Positions 1 through 8,325 of a DNA stretch of 32,000 nucleotides are shown one piece after another (position 1 is the first letter of the stretch; each line of letters opens with the position of its first letter). Below the pieces are notes generated by a model. The model had not been told where the DNA came from. It saw nothing but the letters and a program-made list of their open reading frames with translations, and made no database searches. A program made the translations under genes and the position numbers. Source of the DNA: Okeania sp. (GTDB lineage Bacteria; Cyanobacteriota; Cyanobacteriia; Cyanobacteriales; Microcoleaceae); NCBI RefSeq assembly GCF_035285525.1, contig NZ_JAYKGW010000017.1, positions 21,969-53,968 of the forward strand, read 5' to 3'.

Positions 1-106
1 GTTCATGTTCTTGAGAAATATTTATTAACCCTTGCTCAAGAGTTTGCAATAATTCTGTAGTTTCTTCTACGAAAAATTCGTAAGCTTGGTCATCAATTTC
101 TATCAT
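1..106 (-). CDS. 5' end (35 codons) of a CheA-like histidine kinase (Hpt-domain N-terminus); continues past the window edge
   Basis: The reverse complement starts at ATG (104-106) and reads MIEIDDQAYEFFVEETTELLQTLEQGLINISQEHE, open to position 1. The acidic helical pattern resembles CheA/PixL Hpt N-termini. It lies directly downstream of the MCP gene, where pixL sits in tax1/pix loci. It is too short to appear in the ORF track. Confidence 0.5.
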   Translation of the reverse strand, partial: MIEIDDQAYEFFVEETTELLQTLEQGLINISQEHE

Positions 107-117
107 AATAGGTAATA

Positions 118-389
118 GGGAATAGGGAATAGTCGTAGGTTGGGTTGAGGAACGAAACCCAACATTAGGGAGTAGGAACTAAGCCAGAAACCCGGTTTCT
201 TTAGGGAATAGGGAATAGTCGTAGGTTGGGTTGAGGAACGAAACCCAACATTAGGGAATAGGAACTAAGCTAGAAACCCGGTTTCTTGAGGGAAGAGGTA
301 TGGAAGGAATAGGGAATAGTCGTAGGTTGGGTTGAGGAACGAAACCCAACATTAGGGAATAGGAACTAAACTAGAAACCCGGTTTCTTA
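118..389. repeat. Three tandem copies (periods about 86 and 103 bp) of a composite repeat unit, plus a partial fourth copy at 439-465
   Basis: The unit is GGGAATAGGGAATAGTCGTAGGTTGGGTTGAGGAACGAAACCCAACATTAGGGA(A/G)TAGGAACTAAGC(C/T)AGAAACCCGGTTTCTT, starting at 118, 204 and 306. Each unit has an 8-bp stem hairpin (GTTGGGTT..AACCCAAC) and the palindrome AGAAACCCGGTTTCT. Confidence 0.9.
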
Positions 390-522
390 TCAGTGCGATT
401 TTTCGGGAACCGTGTATCTTGCTTCCTTGGGTGTACCGGAACTAAGCTAGAAACCAGGTTTCTTTTTGGACAAGAAATAAACCCCCAATTATTAATTATT
501 AATTGTTCCCTGTTCCCTTCTT

Positions 523-3500
523 TTAATTTACCTTAAACTCTGCCACATTCTTTTCTAACTCCCCAGCAACTTCTAGTAACTTAGCAAAAGACTGCGCCAC
601 AGTCATAGACTGTTCAGAAGTTTGATTAGCGATCGCTGCCACCTCCTCCATAGTTTTCGACAGTGCATTAGAAGTATCAGCTTGAGTAGTAGCAGAAACA
701 GTAATCTCCCCTACCAACTCACTAATTTGTCCACTCACATCCAACACATCCGTTAGAGTTTTTCGTGCCCCCTTAACTAACTCAGTACCAATCATAACTC
801 GCTTGCGTCCTACCACCATTGCCTTAATCACCTCAGTGGTGCCAGACTGAATCTCCTCGACAATTTGCTCTATCTCCTGAGTCGCACTAGCCGACTGTTC
901 TGCCAGAGAACGTACTTCACTGGCAACCGTCGCAAAACCTTGGTCGTCTTGCCCCGCTCTAGTTGCCTCCACGGAAGCATTCAAAGCCAAAACATTAGTT
1001 TGATTTGCCAAATCATTAATCAAACTCAACACCCGGGAAATCTTCTTAGAAGTTTCCCCCAAAACCTTCACCTTCCTAGCAGTTGCCTCCACAGTTTTCT
1101 GAATCCCCACAATACCATCCACAGTTTTATTCATCGCTGCATCACTGGTTTGCAGAATCTGATTTGCCTGCTGCACCTTAGCTTCGGCTTGTTGAGCATT
1201 ACCCACCACTGCCTTGACTGAATTAGCCATCACCTGAATTTTTTCCAGAGCATTAATAATCGCCTCCGCTTGCCGTGTCGCTCCCACAGACAACTTCTTA
1301 ATCTCTGCCTCATTACCCTCAGTCGTCGAACTCACCACATTTGTTGCCGACTGCACCTGCAACACCAACTGCTGTAAATTTTCAATCGTGGCATTAAAAA
1401 AGTCAGCCACAGTTCCCATCACACCACTGGTTACAGCAGCACGCACCGTCAAATCACCATCAAAAGAACTTTCGATTTCTGACAAAAACTTTTCAATTTG
1501 ACTTTCTAACAACTCCTTTTGCTGCTGTTGCTCAATAGACACACTCTCAGCTTTTCGACGAGCCTGTTCAACCTGTTGCAACAAAACCGCCTGGTCCAAA
1601 GCATACCCAATCTGCAAAGCCACCTGTTTAAACACCTCAACATCTGACTCCAACCAGTTGCGAGTTTCCGAACATTGATGCACACCCAACAAACCATAGA
1701 GAATCTGATTCACCAAAATTGGAGCCACCATATTCGCCTTCACCTGCCATTTTTTTAACTGTTCCTCATGGCAAGCAGTCAAACCTGCCTTACTAATATC
1801 AGCATTCACTAACACCCGACCTTGACGATATGGTTCCACATAATCTGCTGGAAAACAAGTCACATCGCTTTCCACCTCCGAAATATTGATATACCCTTGT
1901 TTCACTGCCTCACTAATAATCTTACCATCCCAGTCTTCATCAAAGCGATAAACTACCACCCTGTCAGCCTCTATTAACTTTAGCGCCTCCTCTACACCTG
2001 TACGGAAAATGCGTTCAATATCAAGAGACTCTCGAATCCTTAAACTAATTTGATTCAACTTTTTCGACTGCTCAACACTTGTTTTTTGTTGTTGGAGGAG
2101 GTTTTCCTGTTCCACCGCAAAACCAACTTGAGTAGCCAACTGCCTAACGAAATCCACCTCCGTATCTTTCCAGTTCCGGGGAGCAGAACATTGATTAATC
2201 ACAAAGAAACCATACAGCTTTTTGTCAACAAAAATTGGAGCCGTCAAAGTTGCCTTAATTGCCAAAGGTTCAGCATCCTTTAAATAACACTCAGTAGTCT
2301 TAGCATCGTCAATTATAGTTTGAGAAGGGTCATGCAAATTTCTCAGAACCTTAACTCGTCCTCGCAAATAAGCCTTAATATGATGTTCCTTAAAACACTT
2401 GCTATCTAACTTACTACCCAGAGCAGCATACCACATACTATCCACCGACTCAGCCACAACCACACCATTGTAGTCATCATCTAACTTATAAACCATCACT
2501 CGGTCTGCTGCTAACACTTGGCGAGTCTCCACCACCACCGTATTAAAAATATCCTGTTCATTCAAAGACTCCCGAATCATCGAACTAATTTCATTCAACC
2601 GTCGCGCTTGTTCCGTCGCCACCCTTTGTTGTTCCAAAAGTCCTTGCTGTTCCAAAGCAGTGCTGACTTGACTAGCCAACTGTTTGATAAAATTAACTTC
2701 TGACTCTTGCCAACTTCGAGGTTTAGAACATTGGTGAATAATCAACCAACCATACAACCTTGCCTCCACTAGAATTGGTGCAGAAATGTTCGCCTTAACA
2801 TCAAAAGGTTTTAATAGCTGAAGCATACATTCAGATACCCCAGGACTATTAATATTTTTAATTGTACTAACTTGTCCGCGCAAATAAGATTTAAAATTTT
2901 TCGCAAAGCAAGGATCAGCTATTTTCTGCCCCAGAGTGCTTTTCCAACCCTGACCGAGTGATTCTGCTATCACTGTACCAACCATATTCTCATCAAAACA
3001 ATAAATTATAGCACGGTCAGCTCCCAGAGCATTACGAGCCTCCTCAATCACAAGGTCAAAAACTTCTTCAATATTCGTGGTACTACGAAGATTCATAGAA
3101 ATTTCATTTAATAAGCGAGCCTGTTTAGTCGCCGCTTGTTGCTTTTCCAATAGATACGCTTGGTCTAGAGCATATCCCACCTGAACACCAACCTTCCGCA
3201 TCAAATCCATTTCTAACTCCGTCCAACCTCTTGGACCGGAGCATTGGTGAGCAATCAACAAACCCTGCAACTCCTTCTCCACTACAATAGGAGCAACCAA
3301 ATTAGCCTGCACCTCAAAAGGTTCGAGTTGACCAAGATAACACTGAGTCAATCCCGCTTCATAAATATTTTCTGTAGCTTGAACTCGTCCTTGTTGATAA
3401 GATTGTATATAGCGATCAGCAAAACAAGGGTCAGCAATTTTTGCCCCCAACGCTTTCGGCCAGCCACTACCCACCGACTCAGCAATAACAGTACCCTTCC

Positions 3501-4446
3501 ACTCTTCATCAAACTCATACACCACCACCCGGTCTGAGTTTAAAGCACGGCGAGTTTCTTCAACAGCAGTCACCAAAATATCCTTCAGATTGAGAGACTT
3601 ACGAATTTCAGCATTGATGTAATTTAAGTTTTGAGCTTGTTGAGTAGCTGCCCGTTGTTTTTCTAATAATAATGCTTGGTCTACAGCATAACCAAGTTGA
3701 ATCGCCAATTGTTGGAAAAACTCAATTTCTGACTCCACCCATTGTCGAGGTTGAGCGCAATGATGCGCTATCAATAACCCCAGTAACTTTCCATTAGCAA
3801 GTATAGGCGCAACCAAATTTGCTCTCACAGCAAAAGGTTCCAATTGCTTAATGTGACATTCAGTTAATCCAGCCTTATAGATATCAGGAGTCGCTCCTAC
3901 CCGCCCTTTCTTGTAAAATTCTACATAGCGATCAGCAAAACAAGGATCCGCTATTTCCGCTCCCATAGCCTTTGGCCATTGTACATCTACTGATTCTGCA
4001 ATAACTGTACCTTGCCAATTTTTATCAAATTCATATACTATTACTCTATCTGTTTGCAAAGCAGCCCTAGCATCTTGCACCACAGTTTTAAAGATGTCTT
4101 CAATATTGAGAGACTCCCGAATATTTGACGTGATTTCGTTTAATAATTCAGCCCTTTCTGCTGCCGCTCCTTCTTTTTCTATTAATAATTGAAGTTGATT
4201 AATTCTGATATCTATATTAGAGCGTAATGTGGCTAAATCTTCTGCCAAAGCATTAGTTTTTGCCTTTAACCCTTGTGGTTTTTGATTAGTATTTGGCTGC
4301 CAAACTTCTACTGGCACAATTGTTACCTCCTCATCATCTACTTGATTCTTTGTAGTTTCTCGATTAGATTTTTGAGAGTAATCTTGAGCTTGATTTTGTA
4401 CTCTATTATCTGGCTGGTTGTTTTTTCTAAAACGTGCTTGTGTCAT
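523..4446 (-). CDS. pixJ: Phototaxis-type methyl-accepting chemotaxis protein with five tandem cyanobacteriochrome-like GAF domains (PixJ/PtxD-like)
   Basis: 1307-aa ORF. The C-terminal ~300 aa carry the MCP signalling hairpin (LINDLANQTNVLALNASVEATRAGQDDQGFATVASEVRSLAEQS). Five ~170-aa GAF repeats each have a (D)xCF-type Cys and a downstream AGLTxC(H/Y/M) Cys. It lies in a pixG-H-I-J-L-like gene order. Confidence 0.9.
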   Translation of the reverse strand: MTQARFRKNNQPDNRVQNQAQDYSQKSNRETTKNQVDDEEVTIVPVEVWQPNTNQKPQGLKAKTNALAEDLATLRSNIDIRINQLQLLIEKEGAAAERAELLNEITSNIRESLNIEDIFKTVVQDARAALQTDRVIVYEFDKNWQGTVIAESVDVQWPKAMGAEIADPCFADRYVEFYKKGRVGATPDIYKAGLTECHIKQLEPFAVRANLVAPILANGKLLGLLIAHHCAQPRQWVESEIEFFQQLAIQLGYAVDQALLLEKQRAATQQAQNLNYINAEIRKSLNLKDILVTAVEETRRALNSDRVVVYEFDEEWKGTVIAESVGSGWPKALGAKIADPCFADRYIQSYQQGRVQATENIYEAGLTQCYLGQLEPFEVQANLVAPIVVEKELQGLLIAHQCSGPRGWTELEMDLMRKVGVQVGYALDQAYLLEKQQAATKQARLLNEISMNLRSTTNIEEVFDLVIEEARNALGADRAIIYCFDENMVGTVIAESLGQGWKSTLGQKIADPCFAKNFKSYLRGQVSTIKNINSPGVSECMLQLLKPFDVKANISAPILVEARLYGWLIIHQCSKPRSWQESEVNFIKQLASQVSTALEQQGLLEQQRVATEQARRLNEISSMIRESLNEQDIFNTVVVETRQVLAADRVMVYKLDDDYNGVVVAESVDSMWYAALGSKLDSKCFKEHHIKAYLRGRVKVLRNLHDPSQTIIDDAKTTECYLKDAEPLAIKATLTAPIFVDKKLYGFFVINQCSAPRNWKDTEVDFVRQLATQVGFAVEQENLLQQQKTSVEQSKKLNQISLRIRESLDIERIFRTGVEEALKLIEADRVVVYRFDEDWDGKIISEAVKQGYINISEVESDVTCFPADYVEPYRQGRVLVNADISKAGLTACHEEQLKKWQVKANMVAPILVNQILYGLLGVHQCSETRNWLESDVEVFKQVALQIGYALDQAVLLQQVEQARRKAESVSIEQQQQKELLESQIEKFLSEIESSFDGDLTVRAAVTSGVMGTVADFFNATIENLQQLVLQVQSATNVVSSTTEGNEAEIKKLSVGATRQAEAIINALEKIQVMANSVKAVVGNAQQAEAKVQQANQILQTSDAAMNKTVDGIVGIQKTVEATARKVKVLGETSKKISRVLSLINDLANQTNVLALNASVEATRAGQDDQGFATVASEVRSLAEQSASATQEIEQIVEEIQSGTTEVIKAMVVGRKRVMIGTELVKGARKTLTDVLDVSGQISELVGEITVSATTQADTSNALSKTMEEVAAIANQTSEQSMTVAQSFAKLLEVAGELEKNVAEFKVN

Positions 4447-4507
4447 TTATTTTAGGAAATAGGAAATAGTGCGACCATCTTGCTCGCATTGGAACAGGGA
4501 CTAAGCT

Positions 4508-4551
4508 AGAAACCCGGTTTCTTGGAGAAACCGGGTTTCTTTTTTTTTTTT
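4508..4551 (+). terminator. Very strong intrinsic-terminator-like hairpin facing the plus strand, antisense to the operon
   Basis: AGAAACCCGGTTTCT (4508-4522) pairs perfectly with AGAAACCGGGTTTCT (4526-4540). That gives a 15-bp stem with a 3-nt loop, followed by T11 (4541-4551). On the minus strand no U-tract follows the hairpin. Confidence 0.6.
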
Positions 4552-4586
4552 GGAAACCGGGTTTCTTTGAGTAGGGAGTAGAAAGT

Positions 4587-4668
4587 AGGAAATAGTGCGA
4601 CCATCTTGCTCGCGTTTGATAGAGTAAGAAATAGTGTGACCATCTTGCTCGCGTTTGATAGAGTAGGT
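4587..4668. repeat. Two tandem 41-bp repeats, with a third dispersed copy of the core at 4464-4487
   Basis: GGAAATAGTG(C/T)GACCATCTTGCTCGCGTTTGATAGAGTA occurs at 4587 and 4628. The core AAATAGTGCGACCATCTTGCTCGC also occurs at 4464. The adjacent hairpin GGGTTTGG-TCT-CCAAACCC lies at 4672-4690. Confidence 0.85.
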
Positions 4669-4738
4669 TAGGGGTTTGGTCTCCAAACCCAAGCATTAAG
4701 GGATGATATCTAGTTATTAGCATTCAGTCTAGTTTAAT

Positions 4739-5236
4739 CTAGTTTTTTTCTATGTATTCAATAATTGCTTCAACATCTAAAATCATCTTTCTTTCTCCTG
4801 TTGAATTAGTGCAAGTTCCTAGAATAAATTGTTCTACAAGTGAATCTTTTTTCTCTTTTTTTATAGCACTAATATTTTGACTTTCAATGTCAATCAAGTT
4901 ACCTACTTTTTGCACTAATATACCCAGATAACTATCTCGAAATTTTACTTTGATTACCCGAAATTTTTGTTGATAGTATCCAGTAGAGAGCAAAGGTTCA
5001 AAACCCATCAAATAAGCTAGATCAATTAACCAGAGAATTTCGCCTTGCCACTGAAACACTCCTACAACTACAGTTGGCATACCCGGTATTTGTAAAATTG
5101 TTCTCTGGTCTAGGGTAATCACTTCATTCAGCTCACGGGTAGATAATATAACCTCTAATGTTTTAGTAACTTCTAAAGATATAAATTGTTTACTACTACT
5201 GATTGTTTGGGAACCGTATGATGCTTGTTTTGACAT
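4739..5236 (-). CDS. pixI: CheW-like coupling protein
   Basis: 165-aa ORF with the CheW signature region (IPGMPTVVVGVFQWQGEILWLIDLAYLMG ... ILDVEAI). It lies between the CheY-like and MCP genes. Confidence 0.85.
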   Translation of the reverse strand: MSKQASYGSQTISSSKQFISLEVTKTLEVILSTRELNEVITLDQRTILQIPGMPTVVVGVFQWQGEILWLIDLAYLMGFEPLLSTGYYQQKFRVIKVKFRDSYLGILVQKVGNLIDIESQNISAIKKEKKDSLVEQFILGTCTNSTGERKMILDVEAIIEYIEKN

Positions 5237-5524
5237 TGGCTTTTTTCTATTTTTAGGGAGTAGGGAGTAGGGAGTAGAAAGTAGGTAATAGGCAATAGGG
5301 AACAGTTTAGAGTATCTGCTACGGCCAAATTTTCTGACAATATGTCAAATCTTTACCATTTTGAGATAACAATAGCCAAAAAATAGGTACTTTTTTAGGC
5401 ATCAATAAAAAGGCACTTACCTTGATCTGTTAATGCTTTTATATTTAATGAGCATAGCAATATTTATTGGTTGGCTTGGGCTTGGTTTTATTTAATTCTT
5501 TAGTGATTAAATACCTACCGTTTT

Positions 5525-5893
5525 TCAAGCGACCAATTTTTCTAAAGTTGCCACAAGTTTCTCTTGATCAACTGGTTTAGTAACATAAGCAGATGCTCCC
5601 TGCTTCATCCCCCATTTTTGATCTATTTTCTCTGATTTACTAGAACAAATAATAATCGGGATATTCGCTGTATTTTCTTGATTTTTTAGTTCTCTACATA
5701 AACTATAACCGCTTTGACCAGGAAGCACAATATCCATTAAAATCGCATCAAAATTTTTTTGCCCCAATATAGCTTTAGCTGCTTCTGCTGTAGTTACGCT
5801 CAAGACATCATATCCTGATTTTTTTAAATAGTCAGTCAAGATAGTAGCTTCTGTTGGACTATCTTCTACAATTAAAACATTTTTTTTTACCAT
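5525..5893 (-). CDS. pixH: Single-domain CheY-like response regulator
   Basis: Receiver domain: LIVEDS, phospho-acceptor context ILMDIVLPGQSG, and conserved K in YVTKP. The track ORF begins at a TTG (5914). I prefer the ATG at 5891-5893 (MVKKNVLIVEDS), which has an AAGGAA Shine-Dalgarno-like element about 10 nt upstream. Confidence 0.85.
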   Translation of the reverse strand: MVKKNVLIVEDSPTEATILTDYLKKSGYDVLSVTTAEAAKAILGQKNFDAILMDIVLPGQSGYSLCRELKNQENTANIPIIICSSKSEKIDQKWGMKQGASAYVTKPVDQEKLVATLEKLVA

Positions 5894-6065
5894 TGCTGAT
5901 CTTTTCCTTATCAATACTAATTTAATAATAAATTCTTGTTAATTAATATTATTAATATTTAGACAAAAATTTATTTTTCTTCATAATACAATATTAATTA
6001 CTAAGTTGCATCTTCCCAATTGTTTTTCCTGCTTCTCTGGTGTAGCTTATAGGAATTTCCATACT

Positions 6066-6265
6066 TAGGGTTTGCGCTTCTTCAGTCTTTTTAAGAAGAT
6101 GGGGTGATAGGGTGATGGGGAGTAAATTTTTGTGCCCAACTATGCGCCCAAAATAATAAATTTTTGAGTATGAATAGCTCAAATAAGCTGATTTTTTTAA
6201 GGTGTAAAAAAGCTAAAACTTTTATCTGTCAAGGTTTTTATCTTTAATTAGTAGGAAATTAGGCT
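6066..6265 (+). mobile_element. MITE-like element, family D (TAGGGTTTGC.. terminal repeat)
   Basis: It starts TAGGGTTTGCGC. Its interior (AAGATGGGGTGATAGGGTGATGGGGAGTAAATTTTTGTGCCCAACTATGCGCCCAAAAT) matches the reverse complement of 9260-9371. It explains the spurious ORF at 5994-6182. Confidence 0.6.
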
Positions 6266-6477
6266 TTAGGGAAAAATAGTACAGTCTCCAACGACAAGTA
6301 GCAAAGAGTTATGACATTAGTCGAGAGGCTTTGCTAGAGCGATTATCCTTGCTAACAACTGCTTTTCATCCCCTGAAAAGGGAAGGCTTGAGACCTTATT
6401 TTTTGGTCAAACGATATAGTCGAGTTTATTAACATATTTTAATTATATAAGCAATAGTAATATTGACTGATTTTTGA

Positions 6478-7764
6478 TTAGGAAAATTTGGGAGCGACAG
6501 ACAAATATTTTTCGATCATTTTTAAAATTTCTTCTGGTTCACCAGGTTTGTGCAAAAATCCAACAGCTCCCATTAATTTAGCCCGACTCCTATCTATTAA
6601 ATTATTCCGACTGGTAAAGATGATTATTGGTATTTTGGCAAATACTGGTGCATTTCGTAAAAATTGATAAACAGTATAACCATTAGCATCAGGCATTTCT
6701 AAGTCAAGAAAAATTAAATCTGGTTTTTCTTCAGCAATTTTTACCAGTCCTTTGACTGGATCTTGTACATCCATCAACTCATATCCAGTAGGTTCAATAA
6801 TTTTTCTTAATCTTTCAGCAACTACTATACTGTCATCAATACAAGCAATTAATGGCTTTTTTTTAGTAGTAATCTGGTCTTTATTTTCCTCATTTTCTTG
6901 AGCATCAGTTAAATGTAATTGAAAATTCGGTTTTGGTAAATCGGGAATTTCTTGTAGTTCTACAAAGTTTTTTTTGATTAAGGGAAGTAAAGCTTTACTG
7001 ACAGTTAATACTGTTTTTTTTAGTTTACAGGAAATATCCCACAAAGTTAAATCCCCCTTTAAGTATTGAATTTGATTAGATAAAACTTTTGAATCAACAG
7101 ATTTTTTCAATATAGGAACAAGATTGGGGTTAAAATTTTCTAAACCTGCTCTTTTCGAGAAATATTGCATTTGAGCAACTTTTGTTAAAATTTTTTCTAT
7201 TTCCCAATAAGACAGAGATAAACCAAGGGATAATTCTGAGCGACTATCATCATTTTTTTTCCATTGATATGTTAAATCTAGACAATGACTCATGGAAAAG
7301 AATATTTCTAAGGTGACAGTGCTAATCACTGCTTTAGCTTGAGAAACAGTGATTTGATCTTTCCTAATTCCATCATATAGAAGTAAATATTCCCAAGGTT
7401 TGTCTGAATCTGATGGTATTGTTGAAGTTGCACGATTCCAATGAGGACAGTAACATTTTACACATCGTTCCCAACGTCTGACTCTATGGATATCGCTAGT
7501 GGCATAGAGCAGTCTACCATAAAATAGGATGAGTCTTTCTTTTCTAGTAGGACTTTTTAACACTAGAGTCCCTATTGCCTTATCTTGAGCAAGTATATTT
7601 AGTTTTTGTGCTAATTGAATTAATTGTTTGTTGCCAGACATGAATTTTAAATTCTTAACACTATCATGAGAAGAATCTTCGGGCTTTGTATCTGTCATAG
7701 TATTGTTATGAAAAGAATCTTCAGGCTTGGTATTTTTCATAACATTCTTGGTGGCCATATACAT
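6478..7764 (-). CDS. pixG: PatA-type response regulator (N-terminal PATAN-like domain plus C-terminal receiver)
   Basis: 428-aa ORF. The C-terminal receiver reads PLIACIDDS ... DLIFLDLEMPDANGY ... FLHKP. The long N-terminal domain is typical of PatA/PixG. It is the first gene of the pix-like operon. The N-terminus carries the duplication TKPEDSFHN / TKPEDSSHD. Confidence 0.8.
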   Translation of the reverse strand: MYMATKNVMKNTKPEDSFHNNTMTDTKPEDSSHDSVKNLKFMSGNKQLIQLAQKLNILAQDKAIGTLVLKSPTRKERLILFYGRLLYATSDIHRVRRWERCVKCYCPHWNRATSTIPSDSDKPWEYLLLYDGIRKDQITVSQAKAVISTVTLEIFFSMSHCLDLTYQWKKNDDSRSELSLGLSLSYWEIEKILTKVAQMQYFSKRAGLENFNPNLVPILKKSVDSKVLSNQIQYLKGDLTLWDISCKLKKTVLTVSKALLPLIKKNFVELQEIPDLPKPNFQLHLTDAQENEENKDQITTKKKPLIACIDDSIVVAERLRKIIEPTGYELMDVQDPVKGLVKIAEEKPDLIFLDLEMPDANGYTVYQFLRNAPVFAKIPIIIFTSRNNLIDRSRAKLMGAVGFLHKPGEPEEILKMIEKYLSVAPKFS

Positions 7765-7927
7765 ACTTTTAATCTATTGAGTTATTTAAATTGAAACGTT
7801 CATATCTACATTGATAACATTATTCTTTCTTTAATGTTAAGATTTGTTTACTTCTATTTAGTGATATTGATCGCTTGCAAATAGAACTCTGATTTTGAAA
7901 CACTTGTTATAAAAGCTTCAGAAGCTT

Positions 7928-8095
7928 TTATACTACATTTTGCTGGTCAAGCCCCATATCTATTGTACCCAATAAAGGAAGGATAATTGAAAACCCTCCC
8001 TTTAATTACTTCTGAGTGGTTCCATAGGAGTTTTTTCTCAGGGGGGAGGTTAAGTTATACCCTACATACATTCCGCACGTCAAAATGTAGTATAA
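7928..8095. repeat. 168-bp imperfect long hairpin or MITE-like element bounded by 15-bp inverted repeats
   Basis: TTATACTACATTTTG (7928-7942) is complementary to CAAAATGTAGTATAA (8081-8095). The interior also has complementary blocks (AACCCTCCC / GGGGGAGGTT and TCTGAG / CTCAGG). Confidence 0.6.
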
Positions 8096-8297
8096 AATAT
8101 AAGTCAAAATTCAAAAGTTATGCATTAAAAAGTAAATAGTTAATTCAGTATTTATGGTTAATATTTTCGTGAGAATTGGACTTGGAAGAAAGTTATAGCG
8201 CTGCTTTTAGGGAACAGGCAATAGGGAACAGGTATGGAGTAAAAATGAATAGCCTATAATATAAGGCTTTGAGCTGCTTGGACACCTCCGGCAATTT

Positions 8298-8325
8298 GTA
8301 AATATTAAGTGCGCACATTGCTATA
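8298..8325. repeat. 28-bp block identical to 19924-19951, the core of a ~110-bp dispersed repeat
   Basis: GTAAATATTAAGTGCGCACATTGCTATA is present at both sites. Both copies are preceded by GGGAACAG-type heptamers and an ATAAG(G/A)CTTT(G/T)AGCT..TTGGACA segment. Confidence 0.85.

Noticed and set aside
118-465. Regularly spaced repeats that superficially resemble a CRISPR array
   Set aside because: The whole ~86-bp unit is repeated, including the would-be spacers. There are no unique spacers, no cas genes, and the same modules are dispersed elsewhere in the window (4508, 9425, 26365). It is a tandem repeat, not a CRISPR array.
865-4455. Track ORFs inside the MCP gene: 865-1221, 2050-2283, 2518-2703, 3244-3537 and 4273-4455 on the plus strand, and 1506-1697 out of frame on the minus strand
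   Set aside because: All are fully nested in, or antisense to, a 1307-aa ORF with clear domain homology. Their translations are low-complexity and Leu/Ser/Cys-rich, with no recognisable motifs.
4427-4723. ORFs 4427-4723 and 4501-4692 (minus strand) in the cheW-MCP spacer
   Set aside because: They are read through tandem repeats and palindromes, so the peptides contain repeated RARWSHYFL / KREQDG blocks. They are artefacts of repeat DNA.
5994-6182. Short ORFs lying in MITE-like elements: 5994-6182, 8638-8829, 10996-11199, 14604-14801, 26287-26511
   Set aside because: Each overlaps a dispersed repeat copy whose other copies do not preserve the reading frame. There are no motifs and the composition is atypical.
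7962-7970. GGGTACAAT (minus strand) upstream of pixG as a possible hormogonium SigJ J-box-like -10 element
   Set aside because: It only partially resembles the J-box consensus as I recall it (GGGaAtacT). The host taxon is unknown and there is no TSS information.
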